Shown: positions 1-13,389, counted from the first letter of the stretch. The stretch is 64,000 bases of DNA from Paragordius varius (GCA_964247055.1 OZ176057.1:2170001-2234000); one strand, 5' to 3'. Notes: generated by a model not told the origin, from the letters alone. A program made the numbers and translations.

Positions 1-1
1 G

Positions 2-3000
2 GGAGATGCATTAGCTTTAGATTCCTTGGAAGATTTTTTGGAAATCGGAAGTTTTCAAAGCGAATGCAGTACCAATAAAGCTACTTCAAATTATACCCTA
101 ACTTCTTTTGATAGTGGTGCAGGGCATTTAACATCTCTTAATAGTGAATCTCCGAATCATTCTAATCTATATATAAATAAAGATAAATATACTTACCAAA
201 AGCCTGAATCGAATTATATAATGAATCTTCATGATGATATGCATAAAAGACAGACGATTATGACATATGGGTTTCTAAAAACCCCATCGCCCCCACCCAT
301 AATTGAATATCAATCACTCATTGAAACCAAAGAAGCTAATAAACATTGTATTTATTTTTTATATAAAAACCTGCAGAATTTTTGAAAAAATATTATTTTA
401 GTATTTCTTAATCTTATTTTTTTCACTTCGGGGTAATAGCTGTGCCAATTAAGTGCATTTAATATAACTTATGTTTTTATAGCTTTGGAAACCAAGCTTT
501 CACTCCGCAGACCAGTCAATGAGTTGATAGATCAAGGGATTATACCACGTATATATTTGGTTATAAATTTTTCAAGGTAAATTGTGGAATTAAAAATCTT
601 TTTTAAAGTATAAAATATGAAATATTACTCTTTAAATTTTTGTAATCATTTATATAACAATCGGGCTCATAATGAATTTGATATTTTTTTGTATATTGAT
701 ATATTTCGCTAACTCAAAATGATTCTATATAATTGTAGCGTTGCAAACATCGGGATCTATATATGAAAAACAGCAAAAACTTGAGCGATCTCGCATGACC
801 GACATTCTTAAACAAAAAATTCAACGAAGACCAGACCGAGCTCAATTAGTTCAACAGCACATACTTGAAGGTTAATAACCAATTAATTGTTTAACATTTA
901 TATATCTTAAAAATAATTTTTGAATATTTCAAGTTATTATTACTTTTTACTTTTTTAAATATTGAAGGCATTTAAATATATGCTTTATAAATATATCATT
1001 GATAACCTGTAAATATTTGATATTTTAGAAAACTATAGCCAAAAATGTGTCTATTTATCATAAGATATTGATTATCTAAATCAAAAAATGGAAATTGGTT
1101 CAACTGTTTTTAAATATTGCTATTTTTTTAATTCCCCTTTTTCAATTCTTTGCGTTTTAAATAATTTTTTGCTATAACTATTGTTAGTTTTTACTGTGTA
1201 ATTCCAATAAGTGAATATTTATTATTTGCTTTTGTCATATTTTATGTATCTTTTCCTGGCCAAACATATAATCTACTATCGTTTTTTTTCTATGAAACGA
1301 CAGAGACGTGTTTACTGGACCCACTTGTGGCTCAACAACAGAAACGGCTTAAAAGAGCTCGACTCCGGGAAGATCTCAATGATAAGTTGGCACATAGACC
1401 TGAACGTCAACAACTTGTAAATGCTCATTATCTTATACCTTCTCCGCCTTCGCTAAACTCTTCAAATATCGCTACTGTTTTTACCAACGGTAATCAAAGT
1501 TATGGCGATATTGCTTCAAATAGCAGCATATGTTTCTCGAATGAAAATACTATAAAGTCTTTAACTACTAATGTGTTGCAACAAAATTGGCAAGGCAACA
1601 ATATCATTACAGGAATACACTGTTCTAACCCGCATAATATACCGCAACACAATACTTACGATAATCAATATTGGTTAAACAATTCCGTCTCTAACGGCAA
1701 CAATCGTACTGATAATAAAAATTATGCATCCTCTGATCCACCGAATATTGTTTCAAGTGCCAATACTCATCACCAACCTCATCCTATAAACTATCCATTA
1801 ATACAATCTAGTACGAATCCATATATGGAAAATACAAATTTGCCATCTCATGTTACAATGTCTTCCAATAATGTCTTAAATATGCTGTCTAACAAAAATT
1901 CAGAGCTTTATACCTCCCAACCGTCCAATATGTCGTCATCTTTGTCAAATGTTTCTCATGGGCATTCTAACAAAATTTTTGACGTTGAATTAAAATCTGT
2001 TCAAAATATACCGTTTAATAGGAGCACCTTTGGTAAAAACTTAAATATTATCTTCTTTTTCTATAATCAACTTCTATTAAAAAATAATATAAATATAATA
2101 CTTTTAGGTATTGTATATCGTCTGCTTCCATACCATTTTAGTCAAAAACAACACTATTTCAACCAAACGCAACCTGTTTTCTTTGCTTTTATAATTGTTG
2201 CGTTTGGTTGAAAAAATGTGAAAAAAATGGTGTTTGCTTAAAAAATGCGTCCGGTTGAAAAAATGTTGCTTTTGACTGAAAAATGGTATATCATATAATT
2301 TGATATGGTTATTTTTTTACCAATTGTTAGATCAAAACAAACAGATAGATTTGCGTCAAAATCTATTATTAAATAAAATTGATACACCAAAGCATTCATC
2401 TGATTCAAATACAAAATATCTTGACACATTGTTCACTAAACTATTAGCTCCCTTTAATAAACATGATGGTAGTAATACAGTAATTATCGATCATCAAACT
2501 CCAAAGATAATGTCAAAATCAGTTTATGAAGGCAAACTTATTATTTCGCATGCATCTCACAACTCTCTCGAAACCAATTCTAAATCAATAAATACACTTT
2601 CTATTCCCAATAATATTGTGCGTAAACCAATTAAATTTCATGAATATAAGGGTCCACCAGCACCCCCTCCTTTACCAACTACCAATACTAATAACAAGAG
2701 TATTAATAATCGGACAAAAGCCCAACTTTCTAATCGACATAATGGAAGCACTAATAAAAATTTAAAAGATGGTCTTAAAGCTACTGAAAGTAAATTTAAT
2801 ACTTTTCCCTTTTCCCCACATGACGTTAATTCGAATGAAAATGTGTTAAATGCAAATTATAACACTCAAAATGGCAAATCTCATGATAATCAAAATATGA
2901 CGTTACTGAAATATTTATTATCCCAACTTAACACTACGACTAATGGAACAAATCAACATCTGAGTATAAACAATGGCCAAATTTTATTAAATTCAAATTT

Positions 3001-3548
3001 TATTAACATGAGATCTTTGGTTTCGGAATCAAATTCAAATATGTCCAATGCCTCATTTGAGTCCTCTAACAGCACTCTGGAAAATGTTTCCTCTCATACT
3101 GATATTAATATAAATGATTGTGGAATCTCGATTTTGGAGCAATTAACAGTATTATTTTTTTTTCTATATTATGATTTTTGTTTATTTACATAAAATAATA
3201 TCATTATTATAGGTGTTGGAATTAAAAAATGAATTGAAAAAACGAAATTTAACCGTCTCCGGCCAGAAAATGCAATTAATCCATCGGTTGCAGCCCTTTT
3301 TGCCGGATATTATTGGGTCTAAATTATATCCCAAACTAAAGAATAATAATAATAGCCATGTTATGATTAAAAAACAACCCACTTTTTCCAATCCTAACGA
3401 TAATAATAAAAATAACCAGGATATTATGGCATCAAATCAATTGTCCATTAAACGAAATCATTATATTAGATTGCACAAAGCTAATATTGCTCGATGTGAG
3501 CGGCTATTACTAAAAAAGCGGACGGAATTATCAAATTTGCAGACATGA
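2..3548 (+). CDS. MRTF: Myocardin-related transcription factor (MRTF/myocardin family), 5'-partial; exons <2-347, 483-548, 739-870, 1304-2032, 2331-3148, 3213-3548
   Basis: Spliced translation gives three RPEL repeats (SLETKLSLRRPVNELIDQGIIP; ILKQKIQRRPDRAQLVQQHILE; LREDLNDKLAHRPERQQLVNAHYL), a basic box (VRKPIKFHEYKGPP), a SAP domain split by a 64-nt intron (LEQLT|VLELKNELKKRNLTVSGQKMQLIHRL) and a C-terminal coiled-coil. All introns are GT-AG with matching phases. The frame is open to the window start. Confidence 0.88.
2131..2288. mobile_element. Small MITE with TACCATTT/AAATGGTA termini in MRTF intron 4
   Basis: TACCATTTTAGTCAAAAACAACA at the left and TGTTGCTTTTGACTGAAAAATGGTA at the right form an imperfect inverted repeat. 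Confidence 0.6.
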
Positions 3549-4027
3549 ACGATAAAAAATACCAAAAATTAACTATTAAATATAATGATAATCTTTTTTG
3601 TTGAAGCATTTATTAATTACACAGGATAACGGTATTTTGTTCACACATTGACTGCTGTCTAATTTTAACCAATGCAAACTTAAATATTAGTTTGCATTGG
3701 GGTGCATTTATATCTTTTACGGCTTTTTTTGTTAACCTATGAAAATTATTGACAAACTAATATTTATTGTGATTTTTTTGTGTGCTATATTTTTTTTGTA
3801 TTTATAGCCAATTTTAGTTAGTGCTTTATTTAAAGTGTGACTAAAAATTGTTGCATATATTTAATCAATTGGAGTATTAGAATGCTTATAAATTCTATCT
3901 ATTGTGTATATTAGTCTTGAATGTTGACTTTAAATAAAATTTACAGAAAACCTTTTGATTACATTTTTAAAAATAATTTATAGTTAGTTGTAACCAAGTT
4001 TAGCATTTTTTGCGTAGGTAGAAGAAT

Positions 4028-4350
4028 ATACCGATAAATGTTGATTGTTTACCCAATTCAAATTCACCCTTAAACCATTCAAATTCACCCTCTAACAATT
4101 AAAATTCACCCTAAAATTGTGTTTTCGAGATAATATAACGCATCATCAATATTAAATATATCTTAATGGTATAGTTTATTATTTTTTAGTATTATTTTCA
4201 ACAAATTTTTATTTTTTAAAAATAAGTAATTTTTAATTTAAAAAACACATAATTTATTTAGGTTGAATTTAATTTGCTTGAAGGTGAATTTGAATTGTTC
4301 GAAGGTGAATTTGAATCGTTCAAGGGTGAATATGAACTGTAAATGGCATA
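4028..4350. repeat. Foldback MITE with 21-bp AATTCAAATTCACCCTTAAAC repeats; sisters at 8320-8564 and about 49393-49519
   Basis: Three direct units at the left and inverted units at the right; right ends read AAATGG(T/C)ATA. Confidence 0.72.
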
Positions 4351-5167
4351 TCTAATATGTGGATCAAATAAAACTACACAATACGGCATTTCAATTTCAT
4401 TGATATATAAACAGCTTCCGATTAAATATACTATAAATGTAAAAAATATTTATTACAAATTTTTGAGTTTGGTAGATAACTTAGTTTTAGAGGAAAATTT
4501 TGCTTCATTAAGAATTGGAATGATATGGATATGAAAATATTCCGCTCATAAAATATAGCATGTTTGCGTTTTTAAACAAATAATTTTGATTATGCGGCAA
4601 AATGATTGGTATTTTTAAATACTAATAATAACTTATACAAGGACCAATCAATTTGACTTAGTTTTCGTGAGCAGAAATATGTGGATGCTATGTGTTGTGT
4701 TGAACACCCCTGAGTTAGGATTACGGTTAATAACAAACACATAGATAAAACGTAAAATTTAAAGCAAAATGGGAAATGTAATTAAATAATTCATTTTAAA
4801 TAGAGATACAGCAAAATTTACGCAATAAACTTAAAGCTTTTAATTAAGTTTTAGTCTATAACCCAAAACAAAAATGATTATCCGTGTTTTTTCTTTTGAT
4901 TTATATTACTCGCTTTCATGGGAAATACAGTATTTACACCATAAGGACTAATAATTTCCTGCAACGAAATCCATAATTTTAATTAATAATATTTAAATAC
5001 GTTCTTTATGATTTAGTAGGGGATATAAATTGAAAATTTAAATACATCATCCCTTTCTCGCAGCCCAAACTTGTATTAATAAAATTTGAATGGAAAAATC
5101 AGGATCGTTAAATAAAATATTTGTCTTTTACATTTATGCGTATTAATAATCTTAGTATTGTATAGAT

Positions 5168-5426
5168 CAGGCGTCTTCAACAGAAATGGCTTCGCGGGCC
5201 GCATTTTTGTCTCGAAAAATCGGGCGGGCTGCATTCTAAATACATATGGGCATTCATAAATAATTTATTTGATTTACCATAAGACTGTAAAATGCAAACA
5301 CAATATAACATTTTTTAGTTCTTGTCAATTGGATAGGCTTATTTAGGAAATTTATTTGAGAAATATGAATTAAATTAAGATTTTATAATATGGATTTTCT
5401 TTTCGCGGAAGTGTTAGCCACTCCTG
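5168..5426. mobile_element. hAT-like MITE (CAGG...CCTG family) with exact 8-bp TSD GTATAGAT; relatives at 11753-12044, 16724-16949, 17837-18103, 18765-18960, 26037-26299, 37184 and 55071 (partial)
   Basis: GTATAGAT at 5160-5167 and 5427-5434; the motif TGGCTTCGCGGGCCGCATTTTTG or its reverse complement is shared among copies. Confidence 0.75.
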
Positions 5427-5779
5427 GTATAGATACAAATCATCTGTTCATTTCTTTGGCGTAGAGAATATATTAAAATCTTATACTTTGTATTTGTCTT
5501 AATAAGTCAACATATTTCATTTTAGACAAATGTGAATATTAGGAAAAAATAAGATAAAAACAACAGAAAACTGAAGATTTATATTTTTAGAGGCAACGAT
5601 AATTTTATCATCCTGGATTTTTTTAAATTAACTATAGAGCAATTTTAAATTACCAAATGTCTTCCTTCATAAGTTATTACCGGTTTTACTAAGAGAAGGC
5701 GTCAGAGAAAAATACGCAGACGATTAATTTAATGCATACCATATTTGGTTCATCCCACATAACAACAAACACATATGTT

Positions 5780-6575
5780 TACCAAAACTAGCCACTATAT
5801 CAGTCATTAATCACGCAGAAGTTTGTGCTTGAAGAGGAACACTTGCGGCACTTGTCATTAGAAGGTAAGGGATGTGGAAAATTATCTCGTAAGCGAAACA
5901 TATGGTACACATGCTCTATCGATTTAAACTGGTGAAAATAAATTCGATTAAAAAACTTAAGAGTTATTAAATGATAATTCAACAAAAACTTAACACAATT
6001 GGCAGAAGCATCACCTGATACAAAAAATAAATAGATGTCCACGAGAAATGGAAAATACCAAATAAACTTGATAAATGGGTTTACGTATTTTGCATGAACG
6101 TCAAATCGAAAATCATAAAGTGGAAATCCTGCTTCTACGTCAAATCATTTTTGCATCGAATTACGACGGGTGTAAGCGGAACAAATTGTGTTTATGCTAA
6201 GCCGTTTGATCCACAATAAGGCGAAATCGCTTCGGCAAGAAAACCATGCTCTGTTGTAGGACCAGAGCGGTAGCATAAACTTTTGAGATGCCATAAAATT
6301 GTTATTACACAACATTATCTCTAAAATACCCAATTACCATGCATTAATCGAAAAACAACCGGAAACATGGGATCATGCTACATGACAATGTTTCGTTTAG
6401 CAGAGCAAAACCAGCAACCCTAAAATAGCTTAGATGAGTATTACCGTATTACTCAATTCTCCTATCTAGCGCCATTGACACAACCTCGCAGAGTAGCACT
6501 TTAAGAGTTTCAAAGACGCTGGAAAATGGCTTAACAAATAGCCGCAAATAAACAATCAGCTTTTCTGACCCGGTA
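5780..6575 (+). pseudogene. Decayed mariner transposase remnant
   Basis: Frameshifted plus-strand frames give HRITTG (HRIVTGDEKW-like), IMLHDNV (ILHHDNA-like), NSP.LAP (YSPDLAP-like) and HNLAE*HFKSFKDAGKWLN, in mariner order. Confidence 0.7.
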
Positions 6576-6801
6576 ATCATATATTATTAGAGAGCTAGGC
6601 GAAATATGTAGTTAATGTACAAATGTTGAACAAAAAATATAATTGATTTTCTTTAATTACATGTATTTTTACGGGTCAAATATTAAACATGATTTTTTTG
6701 ATCGGATTATTTAATAATATGTCAACGAAATTCATGTCGTGATATAAATATAATTTATTTACTAATAATATATATTTATGGTCCTCAATAAAAAAATAAA
6801 T

Positions 6802-8271
6802 CTAATCAAATTTTTTCATTATTTGTTTTTTAAATAACAGGGGGATGAGGCTAAGACTAGCGCATAAAAACAAAAATATGAAAGATTTGGGCGAGGAATA
6901 CATGATGGAATTTAGGCTTATTTGAGTATTATTATTAAAGTTATTATCAAAATCGCTTAAATTTTGCAAGTTTGATTGTATCGTTTTGAGAGTTTGTCCG
7001 GTTTGAATTGACAATATTGATGGCGGTGCTACACCTAAACACAAATTTTAACAAAAAACAAATAACATATGATTTTGTAAAGTGGAAATGAACTAAAATC
7101 ATGAGATATCTAAAATTCAAATTTAAACGACTCACAAAATATTTTATTTTTAATGTTTGATTACAGATGATAATAACATAATGGTAAAATATAATTCGGT
7201 TTTTTATCTTTATACATTGTTTTCTAGAAATTATAGCTATTTTAGAGTTTCAACTTTTTTAATCGCCATCCTAATCACTAACCCATTCTAAATATTGTTC
7301 TTATCGTAAAAATATTTTTCGTTAGTAAAAAGAGTTAACCCAAAAATGTTCCCAAAAAATAAGGTAAGAACGGCACTCCCAACAGAGGACACATTAAATT
7401 AATTAACCAGTTAGGCAATATGGGTGTAATCCGGAGAAATATTATGTAGGAAAGCATATTGTGTCGATGACGAGCAATCTATAAGCAAACAAAAATCAAA
7501 ATTTAAAATATTTTGAACCATTTCAGCACAAAATATTTTAGTGGGCAAGAGTGCAAAAAAGTTTTAATTTTTTGCACACAATTTAAAAAAAATGTTTAAA
7601 TACCAAACATTTTCGATAAAAAATTACATGTTATTACTGATTTTTAAGCTTACTCATAATTATTAAATGTTTTTGTAGAATCTTAGAACAAAATATTAGG
7701 ATTGTAAAAATTCAAGAAAAATACCTTTTGAGAATAAAAACGCAATTTATCACCACATAATTTGTAAATCAATGCGGATGCCAATAACTTTGAGAGCAAA
7801 AAACAACATGCCGAACCAATTGATGCGCACTAATTAAATCTATATGTAATCATTTTTTTACAAAAAAATAATTTTTATTAAAATACCGAGCATATTAGGA
7901 AAAGAGCTAAACCAAATGGATATAGGTATCCGGCTAAGATGCTAAGAAATACTGAACCAGGTATCGCGAATGTCTGTAGGCTAAAAATTATATATTATAA
8001 TTGTTACAATATGTAAGTTGCTATAAATGCTGATAAAACATAAAGATAATAATTATGCTGATATTTGGCAATTAGTTGGCCTAACAATTTAGCTTTAGGC
8101 ACGGTTGTTGGCAAGTTAATCATTGATTTTTCTTCCCTTATATTAAATATATATTTACTTGGACAAAGGTGGAAAATTTATATAAAAATATATTAACAAG
8201 CTAAAGGATGCTAAAAAAATTGCCATCAGAATAACAAATTTTTTTCCATCAGTTTTAGTTGTGCCGTGCAT
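6802..8271 (-). CDS. TMEM41B: Transmembrane protein 41B / stasimon (VTT/DedA-family ER lipid scramblase), about 270 aa; exons 8271-8159, 8136-8008, 7980-7887, 7829-7725, 7478-7340, 7034-6802
   Basis: Minus-strand exons translate to NFPPLSKEEK, YIFLQTFAIPGSVFLSILAGYLYPFGLALFLICSCASIGSACCFLLSKL, YIIFLRITPILPNWLIN, GTFLGVAPPS and KKQIMKKFD*, which are hallmark TMEM41B motifs. Total 813 nt, in frame, all introns GT-AG. Confidence 0.92.
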
Positions 8272-8592
8272 AATTCAAATAGTTACAGTGAAACACATGA
8301 TGGTGCTGATATATCTACATATAACATTTACAATTTAAATTTCACCTTTAACAATTCAATTTCACCCTTGAACAATTCAAAACCCTGAAAATAATTATGT
8401 GTTTCCGGGCTAATATAACTTTTCATTAATAAGAAATATATTATTGTGTCATATTATTATTTTTTTTCAGTAATATTAATTTTTAACGAAAATTTATTTA
8501 AGAAAAACACATAATTTATTTTAGGGGGAATTTTTAAGGGTGAATTTAAATTGTAAATGGTATATGTATGAAATTGGTGCTAGAATTTAATT

Positions 8593-9688
8593 TTAACATT
8601 TGAATACACATTCATTTCAGTCCTTTGGTTTAAATTAGGGTCGTTGGATACTCCAATCCTCTTAAAAATTAGATACTTTAAAATATATGGAATAAATTAA
8701 AGCCATGGCCAAAGTTTGCACTTATATAACATTTATGAACGAAAATATAAAAAAATCATTCAAAAATGATATTACTTATTTTAATGTAAACACAAAACTT
8801 TAGCCAACATGAGATGTGTGTATTAGTAAATTATAAATATTACAAAATAAACCACCTTTCTGCTAATGATAGATGAGATTTAAATCAAATTTTTAATTTT
8901 AGCTTAACACTTTGATTCAAATTGGGTATCTAAATACCCCAGACTAAATTTGAGTTAGTATTTTAAAAAACAACTGAAGGAAACAGTCCCAATTTAAATT
9001 AATGCTTCTATCCTAATAATTATATAAATATGCTAAAATATTTAAATAAAATTTTCTTTTGAAAAAAAAGCTCCATGTCAAATTACTTGGCCGCCATTTT
9101 TATTTTACTAAAATTTTGCAAAATATCGTCTTTATTTAATTTTAAGGGTAAAATCAAAGCAATTTTTTGATTTAAATTCCATCTAACATTGATAAAAATA
9201 GAAAAAGCTGTTTATTTTGTATTGTTCTTCAATTCGATGCACGCATGTCACAACTAAATTTTTACCTTTCGGTTTTAGCTTAAATAAGTAATATCAAGTA
9301 TTTTTGAATAAATTTTTTTATATATTTGGGTTTATTAATGTTGTATAAGTGCAAGATTTTCTCATGGTTTCGATTCACTCCATATTTTTTAAAGAATTTA
9401 ATTATAAACAGCGGGGTATTTAACTATCCCAATTCGAAACGAAGGACTAAAATGAGTGTATTGTATCCAAGTGTTAATAAAATAAATACGATATTTTGCA
9501 AAAATGTTGTAAAAAAATATGGCTTTGAAGTATTTTTATATGGAACTTTAAACAAAATTTTATTTAGATTTTTCCGCTTATTATTATGGTTTTTATTAGG
9601 ATAGAAGCATAAATTTAATTTGGGGCCGTTTCTTTCAGTATATCAACTTAAATATTATCTGGGGTAAGATACCGTTTTGAAGTGTTAA
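8593..9688. mobile_element. piggyBac-like TTAA MITE (8593-9688) containing an inverted sister copy (8904-9477)
   Basis: Both copies have TTAACA ends (TTAACAC at three of the four). The inner copy is flanked by TTAA at 8904-8907 and 9474-9477, and the outer copy's internal sequence resumes after 9477. Confidence 0.75.
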
Positions 9689-10013
9689 AACTCTTTAAAG
9701 TTTATGATTTACAAGTTATATGGCTTTTATATTAGCGATTTAAAAAGAGACCCACAGAAAAAAATTGTGGGGAATAGATATAACAAAATAATTATTTTTT
9801 TTGAAGCTTGGTTCTTAAAGGTTAAATAATTACATGTAAATAGGATATTTGGACAATCAATTATCACTTTAAAATCCCTCTGTTCATAAAAATACCCAAA
9901 AGATAATGAAGTATTTATATATCTATTTTCAAAATGGCATAAGGGTAATTGTTTAGTTTGTTCCTAATATTTATAAAAACTATTGTATTTAGAGCAAGTA
10001 TTTGGAAAAATCA

Positions 10014-10535
10014 TTAACACTTCGATTCAAATTTGGGCATTAAGTGCCAAACTATATCAAAAGATTGAAAGAAACGGTTTCTTCTTAATTTATGCTGCAA
10101 TTCTAATAAAACTAAAAAACTAAGCCAAAATAACCAAATAAAATTTAGTGTTGATAAAAATTTCCTTATTAATTATGTAAAATATGGTGTTTATTGATTC
10201 TAAAGAAATTAAAGCTAATTTTTTAATCAAATCACACCTAACATTGATATAAACAAAAAGGTCGTTTATTTTGGATTATTTTTATTTAGCTAATGCTCAC
10301 GTATCATTATGACTAAATTTTTACCTTACGGTTCTTCCATAAAAGAAATATCACTTTTTTAAAAATAAATCTCCTTTTATATTTCGGCCATCAATGTTAT
10401 GTAAGTGCAAACATTCCCAATGGTTGTAATTTCTTCCATATTTTTCAAAATAATCGATTTCAAATAGGCTTGGATTTCCCAAAGACCCCAATTCGAATCA
10501 GAGACTGTAGTGGATATGTTGTATCCAAGTGATAA
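10014..10535 (-). mobile_element. piggyBac-like TTAA MITE copy
   Basis: Starts TTAACACTTCGATTCAAATTTGGG and ends ...GTTGTATCCAAGTGATAA; internal sequence is shared with the 17255 copy. Confidence 0.7.
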
Positions 10536-11218
10536 TGTGTTTCATTTATATGAAATGGCAAAATCATTGGGTTATTTTTTTATATGCGCTTTGGTCCTCC
10601 GATTGGGTTGAAAAATATTTATTGCCAAGCAAACAAAAAGGATCTGGACAATGTCATCTCCTTCAGCTGATAATTGGCTGCAAATAAACTTTGAACAATT
10701 ATCGGGAAACTATAGATCCATTAATATTCAATAGATTTATTTATTTTATGGAAAGAGTTACAAATTAAATTTGATTGATTAAATCCTGTTTTGAATGGGG
10801 TTTTGGTAAAACGTTTAAGTGCGTTCGCATTGATATCAAGAGCTTATCCGAATACGCCTAGCGCAATTGCACCATTTTTTGAATATGATCCTCAGTTGCT
10901 CACCCCTTGAAGACAAAGCTTAAAAATAAATATGGGCATAGAAGTAAATGATTAGGTGTGTTAAATTTGAAATAGATTTTTGTTTTCAACCTTAGTTCAT
11001 ATCCTACTTAAAATGAAGTTATATTTAAGTTTTGACTTCGAAGCAACCCAAAACTGTAGGTTCATTTAAGTTCAGGGAGGATTTTTTAATTTTTAAGTTG
11101 TGTCCAATGCGAATGCATTTTTTACCAGTTTAACAAAGCTCTGAAAATAGGTTTTTAGAAAATATTGACATTGAACCATTTTTTCACAAAACGCAGGGCT
11201 CTATCCATATGTATTATA

Positions 11219-12470
11219 TATACCATTTCCCAGTCAAAAAAACGTTTTTCCAGTCAATCAAAACATTTTCCCAGTCAATCGAAACGTTTTCCCAATCAAT
11301 AAAAACGTTTTCCCAGTCAATAAAATCGGTTTTATTTTTTATGATAAATATCAAAACAAAAAATAAGTTTTAACCATTATCAGCGTTTTTGTAAAAACAT
11401 AAATATTGAATGACAATTTTCTCAATTATATTCCAATCACAATCATTAATCATTTGTTCTATAAAGGTTATATTTAATGGAATTTGATTTAAGAAAATTA
11501 ATAATTTTTTAATCTATTGATGGTAAGTATATTCTGAGCAAACTTATAAACTTTATAGTTACAGGGAAAATAATAAAATTTTTAAAAATATACCATTTCT
11601 ATCTCAAAGCCATTTAACACTTTAAATAGGTTTATAACGTGTCAAGATTGTCGATATAATATTGTGGGGAAAAAATATCTAAAAAAAACATTTTTTAGAC
11701 AAAAAAGTTTTTGACATAAAAATATTTAATAAAAAAGGATTTTTGACCAAAACAGGGGTGGGTGTCCAACCAACTGGCTTCGCGGGCCGTATTTTTGATT
11801 CAAAAAGCACGGCTTTCCACATTCGAAATATATACGGGCATTCAAAAAAATTTATTCGATTTTAGACATAAGACTGTAAAATATAAGCACATGCCAAATT
11901 TATTCATGTTCGTTGCCATATAGATTTCTTTAGAAAAAATGCGTAAGAATTTTACTAAGAATTTACACGTATATTTTTGCTTATAGATTTCCAAATTTTT
12001 CGCGGGCTGCAGAATCTCGCAGGGTCGCGTGTTGGCTACTCCTGGAATAAAAGATAATTCTATCATATAAATTAGGGTAAAGTTGAATTGTTTAATCCAA
12101 TTTAAAGTGTTTAATAGCCAATTTGAGATAGAAATGGTATATTTAAAAGCTTATTATCAATAGAATAAAAATTATAAAATATTTTCTTAAATCAAATTCC
12201 ATTAAATATAATTTTTGTAGAATAAATCATTAATGATTGTGATTGGAATATAATTGGGAAAATTGTCATTCAATAATTGTGTTTTTTCAAAAAATAATAC
12301 TCAGTACGCTGATAATGGTTAAAACTTATTTTATATCTTGTTTTGATATTTATTATTAAAAACGTTTTTATTGACTGGGATAACGTTTTTACTGATTGGG
12401 AAAACGTTTTTATTGACTTGGAAAACGTTTCGATTGACTGGAAAAAAGTTTTTTGACTGGGAAATGGTAT
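11219..12470. repeat. 1.25-kb foldback element with TATACCATTT/AAATGGTAT termini and 21-bp subterminal tandem repeats; inner same-terminus unit 11589-12141; hAT-like MITE at the centre
   Basis: (AAAACGTTTTCCCAGTCAATC)-like unit x5 at the left and its reverse complement at the right; arms inverted over about 400 bp. Confidence 0.8.
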
Positions 12471-13358
12471 TTATAATACAATATATTACGAATTCCCGGA
12501 TAGTGATCAAACAATAACTAAATTATACCTCTAAACCCTACTTTTTTAAAAAAATGCGTTTGGGAGAGATATATATTTAAAGCATTCCAAATTACATTTA
12601 GGCATATTAAATTATCATAAAGAATTTAATTAAGAGGGCGCCGATAATGACTATGTCATTTGTTTATGATACCCTTTAGTTGACACCAACATTTTAAAAA
12701 TGTAACTTTTGATAATTTGGACATTGAAGCAAACTCGTAGGCTTATTCAATTTTGACAATAAATCTTTAGTTGAACTTATTTAGTTTACAATACTCCCTT
12801 TAAACAAAGTTTTCCAATAATTAGGCCAAGGCAAATTTTCGAAAATTGTAGACGGTTAAATGCTTTTTTCATTTACGAATGCGCTGAGATGACTACGGGT
12901 TTAAGGGCCCCTCCCTCTCCATAAAAATTGAATTGCGGAAATCTTGTAACCTATTCAAATTCAAAAATTATTTAGTCATTAATAAATATAACGAGAGTGA
13001 TTGAGCCATTAAATTATCCCACTATTCCTCATCATCCCCTGAAAATAGGCTTGTATAGAATATTGATTTTATAGCAATATTCCAAAAAGTGTGGGCCTAA
13101 TAATTAATTTTCAATATTTTTTATATATGCGTCAAGGGTGGCTGATTCGGTTTTCGAATTAACATAGTTTAGTCTCATACTTTGAAACGCTATTTTTTAG
13201 CAATATTGTATTTAAACCAATTTTCCAAAATATAATTCTTAATATGCCGAGCAGATTTGAAAATTTTCCTGCCATCATGGCTATTGATGCCGGCCTTTGG
13301 GCATAAAAACTTCGTCGATAGAAATTTTTTTTCCATTAAATTGTAATAATTATTTAAA

Positions 13359-13389
<31 letters not shown>

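Noticed and set aside
5800-6333. Two in-frame minus-strand ORFs separated by one TGA (possible readthrough or selenoprotein gene)
   Set aside because: They are the antisense shadow of the decayed plus-strand mariner transposase and have no recognisable protein features.
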